The position numbers and the translations under genes were made by a program. From NCBI GenBank assembly GCA_963836185.1, contig CAWIIQ010000001.1, positions 1,760,001 through 1,824,000 of the forward strand: a stretch of DNA of 64,000 nucleotides, written 5' to 3'. Origin of the DNA: Candidatus Krumholzibacteriia bacterium. GTDB lineage: Bacteria > Krumholzibacteriota > Krumholzibacteriia > Krumholzibacteriales > Krumholzibacteriaceae. Below the pieces are notes generated by a model, which was not told the origin of the DNA, did not search any database, and was given only the letters and a program-made list of their open reading frames with translations. This document shows, in pieces, positions 20,432 to 30,806 of this stretch (position 1 is its first letter; each line of letters begins with the position of its first letter).

Positions 20432-21466
20432 CTACCACCCTGTTACCCTGGCCAGCCCGTCGGCGACCTCGCCCTCGGATATATTCTCCAGACATTTCAT
20501 ATCATCACACTCGTGAAGGTGACAAGGCGCGCATTCCGCACCGCTCGTTATCACCTCGAACGGGCCCATCCCGGAGTATGGAAACCACATCTCGCATTCT
20601 GTAGGGCCGAATATTCCGACGGTGGGCAGCCCCATGGCTACGCTTGCATGCATCACTCCCCCGTCGTTGGCGACCAGGGCTCCGCATGCGGCTATCACCG
20701 CGGACGCCTGTCGTATCGGCATTACTGGCATCACTACGGCAGATCCGCCAGTTCCTGATGCTACTCCTTCGGATATGGACTCCTGTCCCGGTCCGCTTAT
20801 AAGCAGGACCCTCGCTCCGAACCTATCTTCGATCAGCCTGGCAAGAGCCGAGAACGAAGAGACGGCCCACCTCTTCGCCGGCCACGTACCTCCAGCCTGA
20901 AAGGCGATGACTCTCCCCGGCATCCGCCCACCGAATGCAGCACTCACTTCGGCTCTGCCGAGCTCAAGTTCCTCTTCACCGAGACAGATCAGGGGACGTT
21001 TCACTGCCGCTTCGCATCCGAGCACCTTGACAGCTGCCAGATGCTGCCTTATAGCGTTCCTGATACTCCTGTCCGCCTCGAAGATATGTGTATAGAGCCG
21101 TCTTCTCCATTTTCTTCCCCCCCCGATACGGACCGGGATGCCCGAGAGCCGAAGGATGTTCGCGCTTCTCGGATTATAGAACAGATCCAAAGCCGCTGCG
21201 AACCGGAGTCTCCTTATCCGCAAGATCGTCGACAAGGTGGCAGACGCTCCTCTGCCCGCTTCTACGATCCCGGCAAGTCCCGGGTGTCTCTCCAGTATCT
21301 CTGAATGGGGTGGTTCGGCCATGTACCATATTTCAGCCTCGGGAAAGCATTCACGCAGCGCGTCTATTACCGGAGTAGTGAGGATGACATCACCGAGGTA
21401 CCGGAGCCTCGTCACAAGTATCCTTAACGGGGCGCCCTTTCTCGCTGAGATCGGGACAGGCTCCAA
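20432..21466 (-). CDS. GT9 heptosyltransferase
   Basis: YLGDVIL, AKRW, NDGGVMH, IFGPT. Confidence 0.9.
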   Translation of the reverse strand: MEPVPISARKGAPLRILVTRLRYLGDVILTTPVIDALRECFPEAEIWYMAEPPHSEILERHPGLAGIVEAGRGASATLSTILRIRRLRFAAALDLFYNPRSANILRLSGIPVRIGGGRKWRRRLYTHIFEADRSIRNAIRQHLAAVKVLGCEAAVKRPLICLGEEELELGRAEVSAAFGGRMPGRVIAFQAGGTWPAKRWAVSSFSALARLIEDRFGARVLLISGPGQESISEGVASGTGGSAVVMPVMPIRQASAVIAACGALVANDGGVMHASVAMGLPTVGIFGPTECEMWFPYSGMGPFEVITSGAECAPCHLHECDDMKCLENISEGEVADGLARVTGW

Positions 21467-21467
21467 C

Positions 21468-21947
21468 TTAGTCCTCCTGCCTCAGACGCGAGATGATCCC
21501 CCGGCTCGACCTGTCTTTCGGGTCGCCGGTAATGACGGTTACGCACCCTATCTCCCTGGCCGTCTCTATCTCTGGAACAGTCTCGACTGTATAGTCGGTT
21601 CCCTTGGCGTGAACATCGGGCTTGAGCTTCCTGAGTACACCATCGACCGTGTCTTCCATGAATATCAACACGTAATCGACGAAGCGCATAGCCGACAGGA
21701 TCTCGGCCCGCTCTGCCGCGGGCATGACCGGTCTGCCCTCACCCTTAAGGCGCCTCGTAGAATCATCGTCGTTAATAGCGACGACGAGGAAGTCACCATG
21801 CTCCGCCGCCTCCTCGAGATAACGGACGTGACCTACATGTATGATATCGAAACAGCCGTTTGCCAGAACGACCTTCCTGTCTCCGGACCGCAACCCGTCA
21901 AGTATCCCGGCGAGCCTGCCGGCATCGTTGTATATGACCTCTTTCAT
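21468..21947 (-). CDS. hldC: Heptose 1-phosphate adenylyltransferase (RfaE domain II)
   Basis: ANGCFDIIHVGH, KGEGRP, KGTDY. Confidence 0.9.
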   Translation of the reverse strand: MKEVIYNDAGRLAGILDGLRSGDRKVVLANGCFDIIHVGHVRYLEEAAEHGDFLVVAINDDDSTRRLKGEGRPVMPAAERAEILSAMRFVDYVLIFMEDTVDGVLRKLKPDVHAKGTDYTVETVPEIETAREIGCVTVITGDPKDRSSRGIISRLRQED

Positions 21948-22966
21948 TCAGGCATCCTTCCTCCGCCGTCCAGCAGTGCGGTGAACTGTCGCGACATCGT
22001 ATCACAGACCTTTTCCCAGGTAAAATCGAGGATATCTTTCGCTCCTTCACGTCCCATCGCTGCTGCCCTTTTTCTGTCATCGCAGAGTTTTCTCAGCGCC
22101 CGTCCGATTGAAGATGAGTTCCTCCGCCTGACGACGAGAGAATTGCTGCCGTTGATTGCAAAATCGGTCGTGCCGCTCCTGGTGCATACGAGAGGGAGCG
22201 CGCAGGCAGCTGCCTCCGCGCAGGTATTGCTCCAGCCGGCTCTGTGCTCCGCGGATACGAATACGTCCGCGGAACCATACATCGACGCCATCCTCTCCTG
22301 CGGCAGATCTATGTAGAAACGGAACGGAAGACCCGGGTCGAATCCGGCGCGCGGATCCGGCGATCCCGGCGTCGAGCTGTCGAACAGGATCAGTTCTATA
22401 TCATATCCATCGCGATACATGGATTCGGCGGCCTTTATCACGAACCTCGTTCCTTTCCTCGGCCTCGAAAGCCGCCCGTAGCACATCACCCGGAAGGGCC
22501 CTCCCCCTCCGGCCCTGTCGCCCGGAAGGGGATGGAACAACCCTGGATTTATTCCGCCTCTGCCATCGATCGCGCTCACACCGTATTTTTTCCGCAGCCT
22601 CTCCATCAGGCCCTTCGAGTTGGCCATCAACAGTATCTCTTTAGTCCGGACGATCTCTTTCTCCCGCGCGACATTCTCTATCTGAAAATAGAATACTTTG
22701 AGACTGGCGGGAAATTCCCGGAGCGTTTCGAGATACTCCGGTGAGCCGGTGATCATCACATCGTGATCCCTGTTTACCGCGTCGGAAAACTTCATGCATT
22801 TTCCGCTCAACTCTGTCCAGGCGGGATATTCCCCGTCGGGGGTATAGATGGTGAATTCATCACCTCGCCGTGTGAAGGCCGCCGACAGTTCGACATACCT
22901 TCTGACTCCTCCGAAAAGATATGTATGGGGCAGGATAGCTCCTATCCTCAACTGCCGCCTCCTCAT
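21944..22966 (-). CDS. Glycosyltransferase family 4-like
   Basis: FGGVRR, RPRKG and a GT-B C-terminal signature (AGWSNTCAEAAAC). Confidence 0.8.
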   Translation of the reverse strand: MRRRQLRIGAILPHTYLFGGVRRYVELSAAFTRRGDEFTIYTPDGEYPAWTELSGKCMKFSDAVNRDHDVMITGSPEYLETLREFPASLKVFYFQIENVAREKEIVRTKEILLMANSKGLMERLRKKYGVSAIDGRGGINPGLFHPLPGDRAGGGGPFRVMCYGRLSRPRKGTRFVIKAAESMYRDGYDIELILFDSSTPGSPDPRAGFDPGLPFRFYIDLPQERMASMYGSADVFVSAEHRAGWSNTCAEAAACALPLVCTRSGTTDFAINGSNSLVVRRRNSSSIGRALRKLCDDRKRAAAMGREGAKDILDFTWEKVCDTMSRQFTALLDGGGRMPE

Positions 22967-23988
22967 CCTGCTTCCAGTATCGAATCCAGTTTCGACATCA
23001 TCTCGTCAGGCGTAGTGACCGCGGTACCTCTTTTCATGACGACGATAGAGGCGGCCACGTTTGCCGCCAGCATAGCTTCCTGCATCCCCGCTCCAGCGGC
23101 GAGAGTCAGCGCGACCGCGGAAACGACAGTATCCCCGGCACCGGTCACGTCGGTCGCCTCGGGGCTTCCGACCACTCCAACCTTGAGTGTTTTCCTTCGC
23201 GGGCGGAAGAGAGCCATTCCAAGTCTTCCCCTTGTGATCAGGAGAGAATCAGACTGGAGAGCTTTGAGCAGTTTCCTTCCTGTCTTCCTCAAAGCGTCAT
23301 CGGACCCGGGATCGATACCAGCCGCCTCAGCCGCTTCCACCTCGTTTGGTGTCGCGGTTGTAATACCCCTGAAACCGGTCAGTCCGAACCTGGAATCGGC
23401 GACTACAGGGATACCTGAAGCGGAGGCCATATCGATTATCGTCTTCGCGGTTCCGCCGGAGAAGACTCCCTGCCCGTAATCGCTCAGGATGACCGCTCCG
23501 CAACCCCGGAGCCGTTTCTCTATCGAGCGCAGAAACAGCTCCCCGGCCGACCGGGAAAGCGGGGCACGGTTTTCCCTGTCTATCCTGACGATCTGTTGCC
23601 TCTGCGCGTGGAAATCGCCCGCGAGTACCCTTGTCTTCGATGTAGTCAACAGTTTTGCACCGGCGATCATACCGCCGGTATTCACGCCCGAAGAACGCAG
23701 CATATCTCCAAGTCTTTTCGCGGCGTCATCCCTTCCGGTGACTCCCGAGACGACAGCGCGTCCTCCGAGCGCTGCTACGTTTGTCGCCGCGTTGGCAGCT
23801 CCGCCGGGGCACCACGAACTTCCATCATACCGGACGATGACTACGGGAGCCTCTCTCGAGACCCTGTCGGTCGTTCCGTAGAGATACTCGTCCAGGATCA
23901 TGTCCCCAGCGACAAGGATCTTTCGTCCTTTCCAGGAAAGTACAGTCTCCCTTACGCTTCTGTAATCGTCGATCGTAATATCGTTCAC
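22963..23988 (-). CDS. hldA: Heptose 7-phosphate kinase (RfaE domain I, PfkB family)
   Basis: GDMILDEY, SREAPV, GGAAN, SDYGQG, TPN, DVTGAGDTV. Confidence 0.92.
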   Translation of the reverse strand: MNDITIDDYRSVRETVLSWKGRKILVAGDMILDEYLYGTTDRVSREAPVVIVRYDGSSWCPGGAANAATNVAALGGRAVVSGVTGRDDAAKRLGDMLRSSGVNTGGMIAGAKLLTTSKTRVLAGDFHAQRQQIVRIDRENRAPLSRSAGELFLRSIEKRLRGCGAVILSDYGQGVFSGGTAKTIIDMASASGIPVVADSRFGLTGFRGITTATPNEVEAAEAAGIDPGSDDALRKTGRKLLKALQSDSLLITRGRLGMALFRPRRKTLKVGVVGSPEATDVTGAGDTVVSAVALTLAAGAGMQEAMLAANVAASIVVMKRGTAVTTPDEMMSKLDSILEAG

Positions 23989-25037
23989 TCTCTGCTCTCC
24001 CTCATGATTTCCATGGCCGCATCGAATACATCATCGATTTTTATATCTCGCAGGCAATGAGTATCGCCCTCGGGGCATTCCTTCCTGAAGCATGGTGAGC
24101 ATCCGGCGCCTGACGTCACGATCCTCGTGCGAGGACCTCGAGGAGATGTCCAAACAGGACTCGTCGAACCGAATATCGTCACGGTCGGCACTCCCATCGC
24201 GGCCGAGACATGCACAGGTCCACTGTCATTTCCAACTACGAGATCAGCTCCCCTCAGGATCGACATCATGTCACCGATCCCGGATCTTCCGGCAAGATTG
24301 AGCGCATTATCATCCGCGCCGGTGATTTTTTCGAGATATTCATATTCGTTTTCTGAACCGACAGTGACAGTACGAAGCGCTTTCTCCTCCCGCAACCTCC
24401 CTGCCAGCGCGGTAAACCTGTCGAGCGGCCAGACCTTCGCAGGCCCGTAGGCCGCGCCTGCGGCGAGGACCACGTAGCTGCCGCCTAGGCCGAAGCTTTC
24501 GAGCCTCTCCTTCCAGTCGTATGGAGGGATGACACATGGTGCGGGTGTCTCGTCCGTCTCAGTTCCACTGTACAGCCTCGCGAATCCCGCGTATTCCGTT
24601 GACAGATGGATCTTCCTGTGGACTCCGGGCGAGACCGGCTCAGTGAGCAGCCAGTCTCTCCCGCTGCTTCTGTAACCGATCCTTCTCGATGTTCCCCCGA
24701 GATACGCTATCAGAGCTGCCGAGAATGACATGGGGAGCAGGAACGCGGCATCCCATCCACGGCCGGGCCTTCCGGCTCGAAGAGCCATTATCGCCCTTCG
24801 GGCCCCGCCGTCTTTTTCGTATGTGATCAGGTTATCGATGAAAGCGCTTCTTTTCAGAAGCTCCGAGACATAGTCCCTGCATAGTACAGTTATAAAATCG
24901 CCAGGATTCTCATTCCTCAGGAGAGAAAGAAACGGCGTCGCCATCACTACGTCGCCGATCCAGTTCGGAGCGAGTACGAGGAGTTCCTTACGCCCTGATC
25001 TGCAGGCTGTAGAGCTTTCGGTAGATCCCTTCCTCAC
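23985..25037 (-). CDS. waaF: LPS heptosyltransferase II (GT9); start uncertain
   Basis: APNWIGDVVMA, GAAYGPAKVWP, NDSGPVH, FGSTSP. Confidence 0.88.
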   Translation of the reverse strand: MRKGSTESSTACRSGRKELLVLAPNWIGDVVMATPFLSLLRNENPGDFITVLCRDYVSELLKRSAFIDNLITYEKDGGARRAIMALRAGRPGRGWDAAFLLPMSFSAALIAYLGGTSRRIGYRSSGRDWLLTEPVSPGVHRKIHLSTEYAGFARLYSGTETDETPAPCVIPPYDWKERLESFGLGGSYVVLAAGAAYGPAKVWPLDRFTALAGRLREEKALRTVTVGSENEYEYLEKITGADDNALNLAGRSGIGDMMSILRGADLVVGNDSGPVHVSAAMGVPTVTIFGSTSPVWTSPRGPRTRIVTSGAGCSPCFRKECPEGDTHCLRDIKIDDVFDAAMEIMRESRE

Positions 25038-26844
25038 CGATCAACTCCTCATGTGTGCCGATCTGCTTTATCCTGCCGTCCTCCAGGACGACGATGCGGT
25101 CGGCGTTCTTGATAGTCGACAGCCTGTGAGCTATCACGAGTGTTGTCCTGCCGCGCACGAGCCTGTCTATAGCCTCCTGGACCAGCGCCTCGCTCTCAAC
25201 ATCGAGAGAACTTGTGGCCTCATCGAGTATCAGTATCTGGGGATTCTTCAGAAGGGCACGCGCGATAGCGAGCCTCTGCCTCTGTCCGCCAGAAAGCTGG
25301 ATCCCCCTGTCGCCGATCACCGTATCGTACCCTTTCGGCATGGCCTCTACGAATTCATGAGCGTTAGCTGCCCGGGCGGCAGTGATGACATCCTCGCGTG
25401 GACAGTCAGACAGCCCGTATGCGATGTTGTTGAAGACAGTATCGTTGAAGAGGATCGTCTCCTGGGTCACGATCCCCATCAGGGAACGCAGTGATGATAT
25501 CGTGATCAGGGATATATCCCTGCCATCTATCGTTATCCGCCCCGAATCGGGCTCATAGAATCGCGGGACAAGGTCGGCAAGGGTCGACTTGCCGGCGCCG
25601 CTCGCTCCGACCAGAGCGACTACTTCCCCCTTACCGATTCTCAAGTTCACATCGGACAGAACGGGAGTCACTTCGTCGTAGCTGAACTTCACATCCTCGT
25701 AGACGATCGATTCAGTTATCGTATCAATAGTCTCATCCCCTGAGATCTCCTCTTCAGTCGGGATATCCAGGATCTCGAATACCCTCTCTGCGCAGACAAG
25801 TCCCTCCTGTATAAGGCTGTTGAGCTTGCTCAGCGCTTTGATCGGATTGACTACCCAGAGCATCGCGCCGATAAACATCATCAGATTGGCGGGAGCGAGC
25901 TGCTGCTGTACGACTAGACGGCCGCCGTACCACAGGATCACGACAGCGGCGATGATCCCGAGGGTCTCGCTCGTCGGTGACGCGAGGTCGGCGATCCTTC
26001 TCATCTTCGTATATTCACCGAAGTACATACGGTTGAAGTCCCCGAACTTTATCTTTTCGAACCTCTCCATCCCGAAAGCCTTTACGACGCGTACTCCCGA
26101 GATCGTCTCCTGGAGGGTGGCAGTCATGTCGGCCATCCTCTCCTGGGCCCTTCTGCTGCCTTTCCGCAGTTTCCTGCTTATGACAGCGATGAGTGCAATG
26201 TTCACAGGGACCAGGATGATCGTCAGCATCGACAGTTGCCAGGATGTATAGAAGATGATGGCGATCGCTATGATAGTCATCAACCCGTTCCGTATAACGC
26301 TCGCAAGGCCTCCGACAACGGCGCCCCTCAGACTTGTCACGTCGTTTGTTATCCTCGAGATGAGATGTCCCGTCTTCTGCCTGTCAAAGAAGGCCATCGG
26401 AAGCATCTGGATCTTCCCGTACAGTTCGTCCCTCATCGACATGAGTATCTTCTGCTCGAGATAGATCGTCAGGAATGTGCCGAAATATCCGAAGATGTTC
26501 TTGATGAAACTCAGCAAAAAGAAGATTACACAGAATCTCGCGAGTCGTTCTGTCGGCGACCCCTCATATATCAACGCCGTGGCCTGCTTCTGCACCGCGT
26601 CGATCCGTGCCTCAACGCCGTCCGGAATGAGGGGCGAACCGTGATCGCCTTCCTCCCTCTCTTCCACCGGGGCCGGCTCGGTAGAGAATACTATGTTGAG
26701 AAAGGGCGGTATGAGAGTGAGCGAGACTCCGCTGAGGGTCGCGAATACAGTCGTGCATACAAAAAGGATCAAGACCTTCTTCCACCACGGCTTGAGATAG
26801 CCGAGTAGTCTCATATATGTGCGGAAAGGTCCCTGCGCGTTCAT
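24988..26844 (-). CDS. msbA: Lipid A-core flippase ABC transporter
   Basis: TM domain followed by NBD (GASGAGKS, LSGGQRQR, DEATSSLD, IAHRLST), inside an LPS cluster. Confidence 0.85.
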   Translation of the reverse strand: MNAQGPFRTYMRLLGYLKPWWKKVLILFVCTTVFATLSGVSLTLIPPFLNIVFSTEPAPVEEREEGDHGSPLIPDGVEARIDAVQKQATALIYEGSPTERLARFCVIFFLLSFIKNIFGYFGTFLTIYLEQKILMSMRDELYGKIQMLPMAFFDRQKTGHLISRITNDVTSLRGAVVGGLASVIRNGLMTIIAIAIIFYTSWQLSMLTIILVPVNIALIAVISRKLRKGSRRAQERMADMTATLQETISGVRVVKAFGMERFEKIKFGDFNRMYFGEYTKMRRIADLASPTSETLGIIAAVVILWYGGRLVVQQQLAPANLMMFIGAMLWVVNPIKALSKLNSLIQEGLVCAERVFEILDIPTEEEISGDETIDTITESIVYEDVKFSYDEVTPVLSDVNLRIGKGEVVALVGASGAGKSTLADLVPRFYEPDSGRITIDGRDISLITISSLRSLMGIVTQETILFNDTVFNNIAYGLSDCPREDVITAARAANAHEFVEAMPKGYDTVIGDRGIQLSGGQRQRLAIARALLKNPQILILDEATSSLDVESEALVQEAIDRLVRGRTTLVIAHRLSTIKNADRIVVLEDGRIKQIGTHEELIGEEGIYRKLYSLQIRA

Positions 26845-26865
26845 CGAATTCTCCCTGTATTCATT

Positions 26866-27957
26866 CTAGACGGTGATCTCCTCGCCAGTCGCGAGGACCT
26901 CTTCCACCTTGCTGAAGAAGCTTTTGAGTGAGAGCTTCTCCCCTTTGGTCCCCTTGAAGATCTTCACGTTGGGCATATTCTCGGGAATCCATGATTTCCC
27001 GTCATATTTAGTGAACAGCCCTATCGTCGGGACCTTCAACGCCGCGGCAAAATGGAACAGGTTGGTATTGCCCGAGAGGAAGATGTCGCACTGCGACAGG
27101 AGGGACAGAGTCTCGCCGGCATTCGTAGGAATCAGGTCCATGACCTCTCCCTTGAGCTCTCCAGAGATCTTCTGGACAAGTTTCTCGTCCCAGGGGTCGG
27201 TCAACACGAGGAATTTGACCCTCTGCCGTCCAGCAAGATTGTTTGCCAGGTATGCGATGATCTCAGGGATCACCCGGTGCCTGCTCTTGCTCCTGCCTGG
27301 ATCGATACCGACCGTGATGACGCCCTTCTCCGGCTTTCTGAAATGTATCAGCTGCCGGGCATGATTCAGGTCCGCCTGCGGCAGGACTATATCACGCTTG
27401 ACCCCGCCGGTAGGAAGTCCTAGCGATTCTACCAGCCTTACCATCCTGGCTCCCTCATAACCCCTGGAGGAAATCCTCACTTCGAGGTTGATGAAGGGAT
27501 GAGCGAGCTGATGATGGAATCCTATCCTTACCGGCGCGCCGGAAGCGAAGGCGAGTGTATGCCTCTCCATCGAGATACCCCTGCTCAGCAGTATTACCGT
27601 GTCGATATGCTGCTGGCGGAGTTTGCGTACAAGTGCGTAATAGTCGGCCGTAAAGAACCGAAGCTGCTTCCTGTTGTATGTAAGTATCGAATGTACCCTG
27701 AATATACTCCTCGCTATGTCGGAGTCTTCCGAGTTGACGAGCAGTGTTGTCCTTATCCCAGGAAAACGGTCGTGGAACCAGTTCGCCACCGGGGCGGCAA
27801 AGAGAAGGTCGGTGACATCTCCGGAATCGATGAAAAGAAGCCTGGCGGATTCAGTGATCCCTCCAGGAAGAGCAAAAGGCTCCTCCTTGCCCGTATGTTT
27901 GAGGAAATACGAGACCACCTTCGGCACGATCTGCTTTTCGCCGTTATCTCTTCGCAT
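26866..27957 (-). CDS. Divergent GT9-family protein
   Basis: GT9 layout, but the motifs read GDVTDLL and GNTNLFHFAAAL. Confidence 0.7.
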   Translation of the reverse strand: MRRDNGEKQIVPKVVSYFLKHTGKEEPFALPGGITESARLLFIDSGDVTDLLFAAPVANWFHDRFPGIRTTLLVNSEDSDIARSIFRVHSILTYNRKQLRFFTADYYALVRKLRQQHIDTVILLSRGISMERHTLAFASGAPVRIGFHHQLAHPFINLEVRISSRGYEGARMVRLVESLGLPTGGVKRDIVLPQADLNHARQLIHFRKPEKGVITVGIDPGRSKSRHRVIPEIIAYLANNLAGRQRVKFLVLTDPWDEKLVQKISGELKGEVMDLIPTNAGETLSLLSQCDIFLSGNTNLFHFAAALKVPTIGLFTKYDGKSWIPENMPNVKIFKGTKGEKLSLKSFFSKVEEVLATGEEITV

Positions 27958-30319
27958 TTCTTCTCCCGGCCTTTCCGCCGTCACCGGCGAGCGCAATCGA
28001 TATTCCTTTATCAACAGTGTCTATAAATTCGAATTTGATATCTCTTCTGATGCCGGGGGGAATATCGTCCAGGTCCTTCCTGTTCGAGGAAGGAAGGATA
28101 ACTTCCCTTATACCGGCACGATGGGCGGCGATGACCTTGTCCCTTACCGCCCCCACGGGGAGCACCTTACCCGTCAGCGTGATCTCGCCAGTCATCGCGA
28201 CATCGTTGCGGATCTTCCTGTCTGTCGCCAGCGAGGCAAGTGAGACCGCTATCGCGACGCCTGCGCTCGGCCCGTCCTTGGGAACGGCCCCGGACGGAAT
28301 ATGCAGGTGAAGGTCGGAGTTTTCAAAGAATTTCTCATCTTCCATATCCCCGCTCATGCTGGCGCGTACGTAACTCATCGCGGCCTGGGCCGATTCTTTC
28401 ATCACGTCGCCGAGCTGGCCGGTCAGTTTCACCGTGCCTGCGCCTCTCATGCCGAGAGCTTCCACGAAGAGTATTACTCCTCCCGCGGCAGTCTTCGCCA
28501 TACCGGTAGCGACACCCTTTTCAGGTCGCGGCAGCATCTGCTGGTCGGGATATCCAGCCGCGCCGAGCCAGGACTCTAGGTTCCTCGATGACACCTTCCA
28601 CGGCCCCCTTGTCCCTTCGACCATCTTTCTCGCCGCTCGTCTAGCGAGGGTCGAGATCTTCCGCTCAAGGTTTCTGACGCCGGCTTCCCTCGTATATCTC
28701 TCGACAATCATCCTCAAGGCGTCGTCAGTCACAATAAGCTTCGAGGGCGGCACGCCGTTCTCCTCGAGCTGTCTCGGATAGAGATATTTCCTCGCTATCT
28801 TGACCTTCTCCGCCGTGATGTACCCGGACAGCTCTATTACTTCCATCCTGTCCAGAAGGGCCGCGGGGATCGTATCGGGGATGTTGGCGGTCGTTATGAA
28901 CATCACTGCCGAGAGGTCGAAGGGAGTGTTGATATAGTTATCCTCAAATGAACTGTTCTGCTGAGGATCGAGCACCTCGAGAAGAGCTGAGGCCGGATCG
29001 CCCCTGAAGTCCTTGCCAAGCTTGTCGATCTCATCGAGCATGAATACGGGATTGCTGCTCCCCGCGTTTTTGATCCCCTGGATGATCCTGCCGGGAAGAG
29101 CGCCGATGTATGTCCGCCTGTGCCCCCTTATCTCCGCCTCGTCCCGTATGCCGCCGAGAGAGATGCGCACGAATCCCCTCCCCATCGCGGAAGCGATACT
29201 CATCCCCAGTGATGTCTTCCCGACGCCGGGTGGACCGGTAAGGCAGAGAATCGACCCCTTGGAGTCCTTCTTGAGCTTTCTGACCGACAGGTACTCGAGT
29301 ATCCGTTCCTTTACATGCTCGAGATCATAATGGTCCCTGTCGAGGATCCGCCGTGCCTTCCTTATGTCGAGCGAATCATTCGTCTGCTCCATCCAGGGAA
29401 GATCCAGGATCCAGTCGACATAGGTCCTCGCCACGGTATATTCCGCCGAACCGGGGGCCATCCTCGACAGCCTCCCCCATTCCCTCTCCACGGCGGAACG
29501 TGCCGTCTCAGGCATGTCCTTCGAATCGATCCTCTCCTTGAGGTCATCGAGCTCGACTGACGCGTCTTCCTCTCCCAGTTCTTTCTGTATCGCTCTTATC
29601 TGCTGGCGCAGGTAGTACTCTCGCTGTTCCCGGTCCATCTCGTGACGGACATCCTGTCTTATCTTCTCGCCCATCCTCGCTATCTCAAGTTCGCCGTTAA
29701 GGAGATCATAGACCAGCTCGAGGCGTTTGAAAGGATCGAGAAGCTCGAGAGCGGCCTGTTTCGATTCGATACCCGTGTTGATGTTCGCCGTTACCAGGTC
29801 CGCAAGCCTTCCCGGTTCCCTGACTCCGGCTATCACGCCCTTGAGTTCGTCCGGATAGCTCTCTGAAGCGTCGACCAGCCTTGAGAACGCGTTGACTACA
29901 TTCAGCATCATCGCCCGGGCCTTCCTCCTGTTGCCGTTCTTCTCTTCGAGAGTAGAAACGGCGACCCGCATCATCGGCGGATCCTCGAGGAAATCCCCGG
30001 CCTTTATTCGTGCGATGCCCTGGCCGATTATCCTGATATGCCCGTCAGGAAACCTGGCCATCTTCTGGATCAGCATCGCGCATCCGATGCTGTATATATC
30101 GTCCGGACCCGGGGATGACTCTGCCGGATCTTTCTGCGTAAAGACGCCGACGATCTTTGCCTGGCCAAGAGCCTCATCGACGAGACTTATAAGGTTCTCA
30201 TCGGTCAGGATAAGCGGCACGAGCATATACGGGAATACCACGCCGTCGTTTATCGGGATGACGGCCAGTTCTGCCGGTATATCCTTTATCAGGTCCTGAT
30301 CTCTGGTAGATTCGTTCGT
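27944..30319 (-). CDS. lon: Lon protease (endopeptidase La); start probably upstream of the GTG at 30241
   Basis: GPPGVGKT, GHRRTYIGALPG, LDEIDK, PKDGPSAG. The frame stays open to the hsp20 stop and encodes IPAELAVIPINDGVVFP. Confidence 0.95.
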   Translation of the reverse strand, partial: TNESTRDQDLIKDIPAELAVIPINDGVVFPYMLVPLILTDENLISLVDEALGQAKIVGVFTQKDPAESSPGPDDIYSIGCAMLIQKMARFPDGHIRIIGQGIARIKAGDFLEDPPMMRVAVSTLEEKNGNRRKARAMMLNVVNAFSRLVDASESYPDELKGVIAGVREPGRLADLVTANINTGIESKQAALELLDPFKRLELVYDLLNGELEIARMGEKIRQDVRHEMDREQREYYLRQQIRAIQKELGEEDASVELDDLKERIDSKDMPETARSAVEREWGRLSRMAPGSAEYTVARTYVDWILDLPWMEQTNDSLDIRKARRILDRDHYDLEHVKERILEYLSVRKLKKDSKGSILCLTGPPGVGKTSLGMSIASAMGRGFVRISLGGIRDEAEIRGHRRTYIGALPGRIIQGIKNAGSSNPVFMLDEIDKLGKDFRGDPASALLEVLDPQQNSSFEDNYINTPFDLSAVMFITTANIPDTIPAALLDRMEVIELSGYITAEKVKIARKYLYPRQLEENGVPPSKLIVTDDALRMIVERYTREAGVRNLERKISTLARRAARKMVEGTRGPWKVSSRNLESWLGAAGYPDQQMLPRPEKGVATGMAKTAAGGVILFVEALGMRGAGTVKLTGQLGDVMKESAQAAMSYVRASMSGDMEDEKFFENSDLHLHIPSGAVPKDGPSAGVAIAVSLASLATDRKIRNDVAMTGEITLTGKVLPVGAVRDKVIAAHRAGIREVILPSSNRKDLDDIPPGIRRDIKFEFIDTVDKGISIALAGDGGKAGRRNAKR

Positions 30320-30331
30320 TTGAAACGCTCC

Positions 30332-30754
30332 CTACTCTATTTCGACCTTCCTGACACGGCTCGAAGGATCGGTCCTGGCGATCCTGACTTCGAGCATGCC
30401 ACGGTCATAACGTGCCTTTGTATCTCCATGATCGACCTGAACAGGCAGTTCGATCTCCTTGAAAAACCTGCCGATGCGGACCTCTATCTGGTGGTACTTC
30501 TTTCTTCCCTCACAGCACGAAGTGCCCCTGACTCCCCCGATCCTCAATTTACTGCCATCGGTCACGATATTTATCGAATCACTGTCCATTCCGGCTATAT
30601 CGACTATTACTATCACCTCAGCTTCGGTGACTATCACATCAGCCGCCGGTTCCCAGGAGAGATCTGAGGGAAACTTCATCCCCGCCCCTTCCTCCTCGCT
30701 GGAAAAGAATATACGGGTCTTTCTGCCTCTTCCGCTCCCATGGTCGTTTCTCAT
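30332..30754 (-). CDS. Hsp20/alpha-crystallin small heat-shock protein (alternative start 30679)
   Basis: WEPAADV, DIAGM, EVRIGRFFKEIELP, ARYDRGMLEV; immediately upstream of lon. Confidence 0.85.
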   Translation of the reverse strand: MRNDHGSGRGRKTRIFFSSEEEGAGMKFPSDLSWEPAADVIVTEAEVIVIVDIAGMDSDSINIVTDGSKLRIGGVRGTSCCEGRKKYHQIEVRIGRFFKEIELPVQVDHGDTKARYDRGMLEVRIARTDPSSRVRKVEIE

Positions 30755-30806
30755 TGAAGGGCAATACCTTTCGTTTTCCGGACTCACAGTTCTCCAGATG
30801 GTGTCG

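Noticed and set aside
24988-25037. 50-nt msbA/waaF overlap as a special feature
   Set aside because: The waaF start is simply uncertain, and short overlaps are common throughout this operon.
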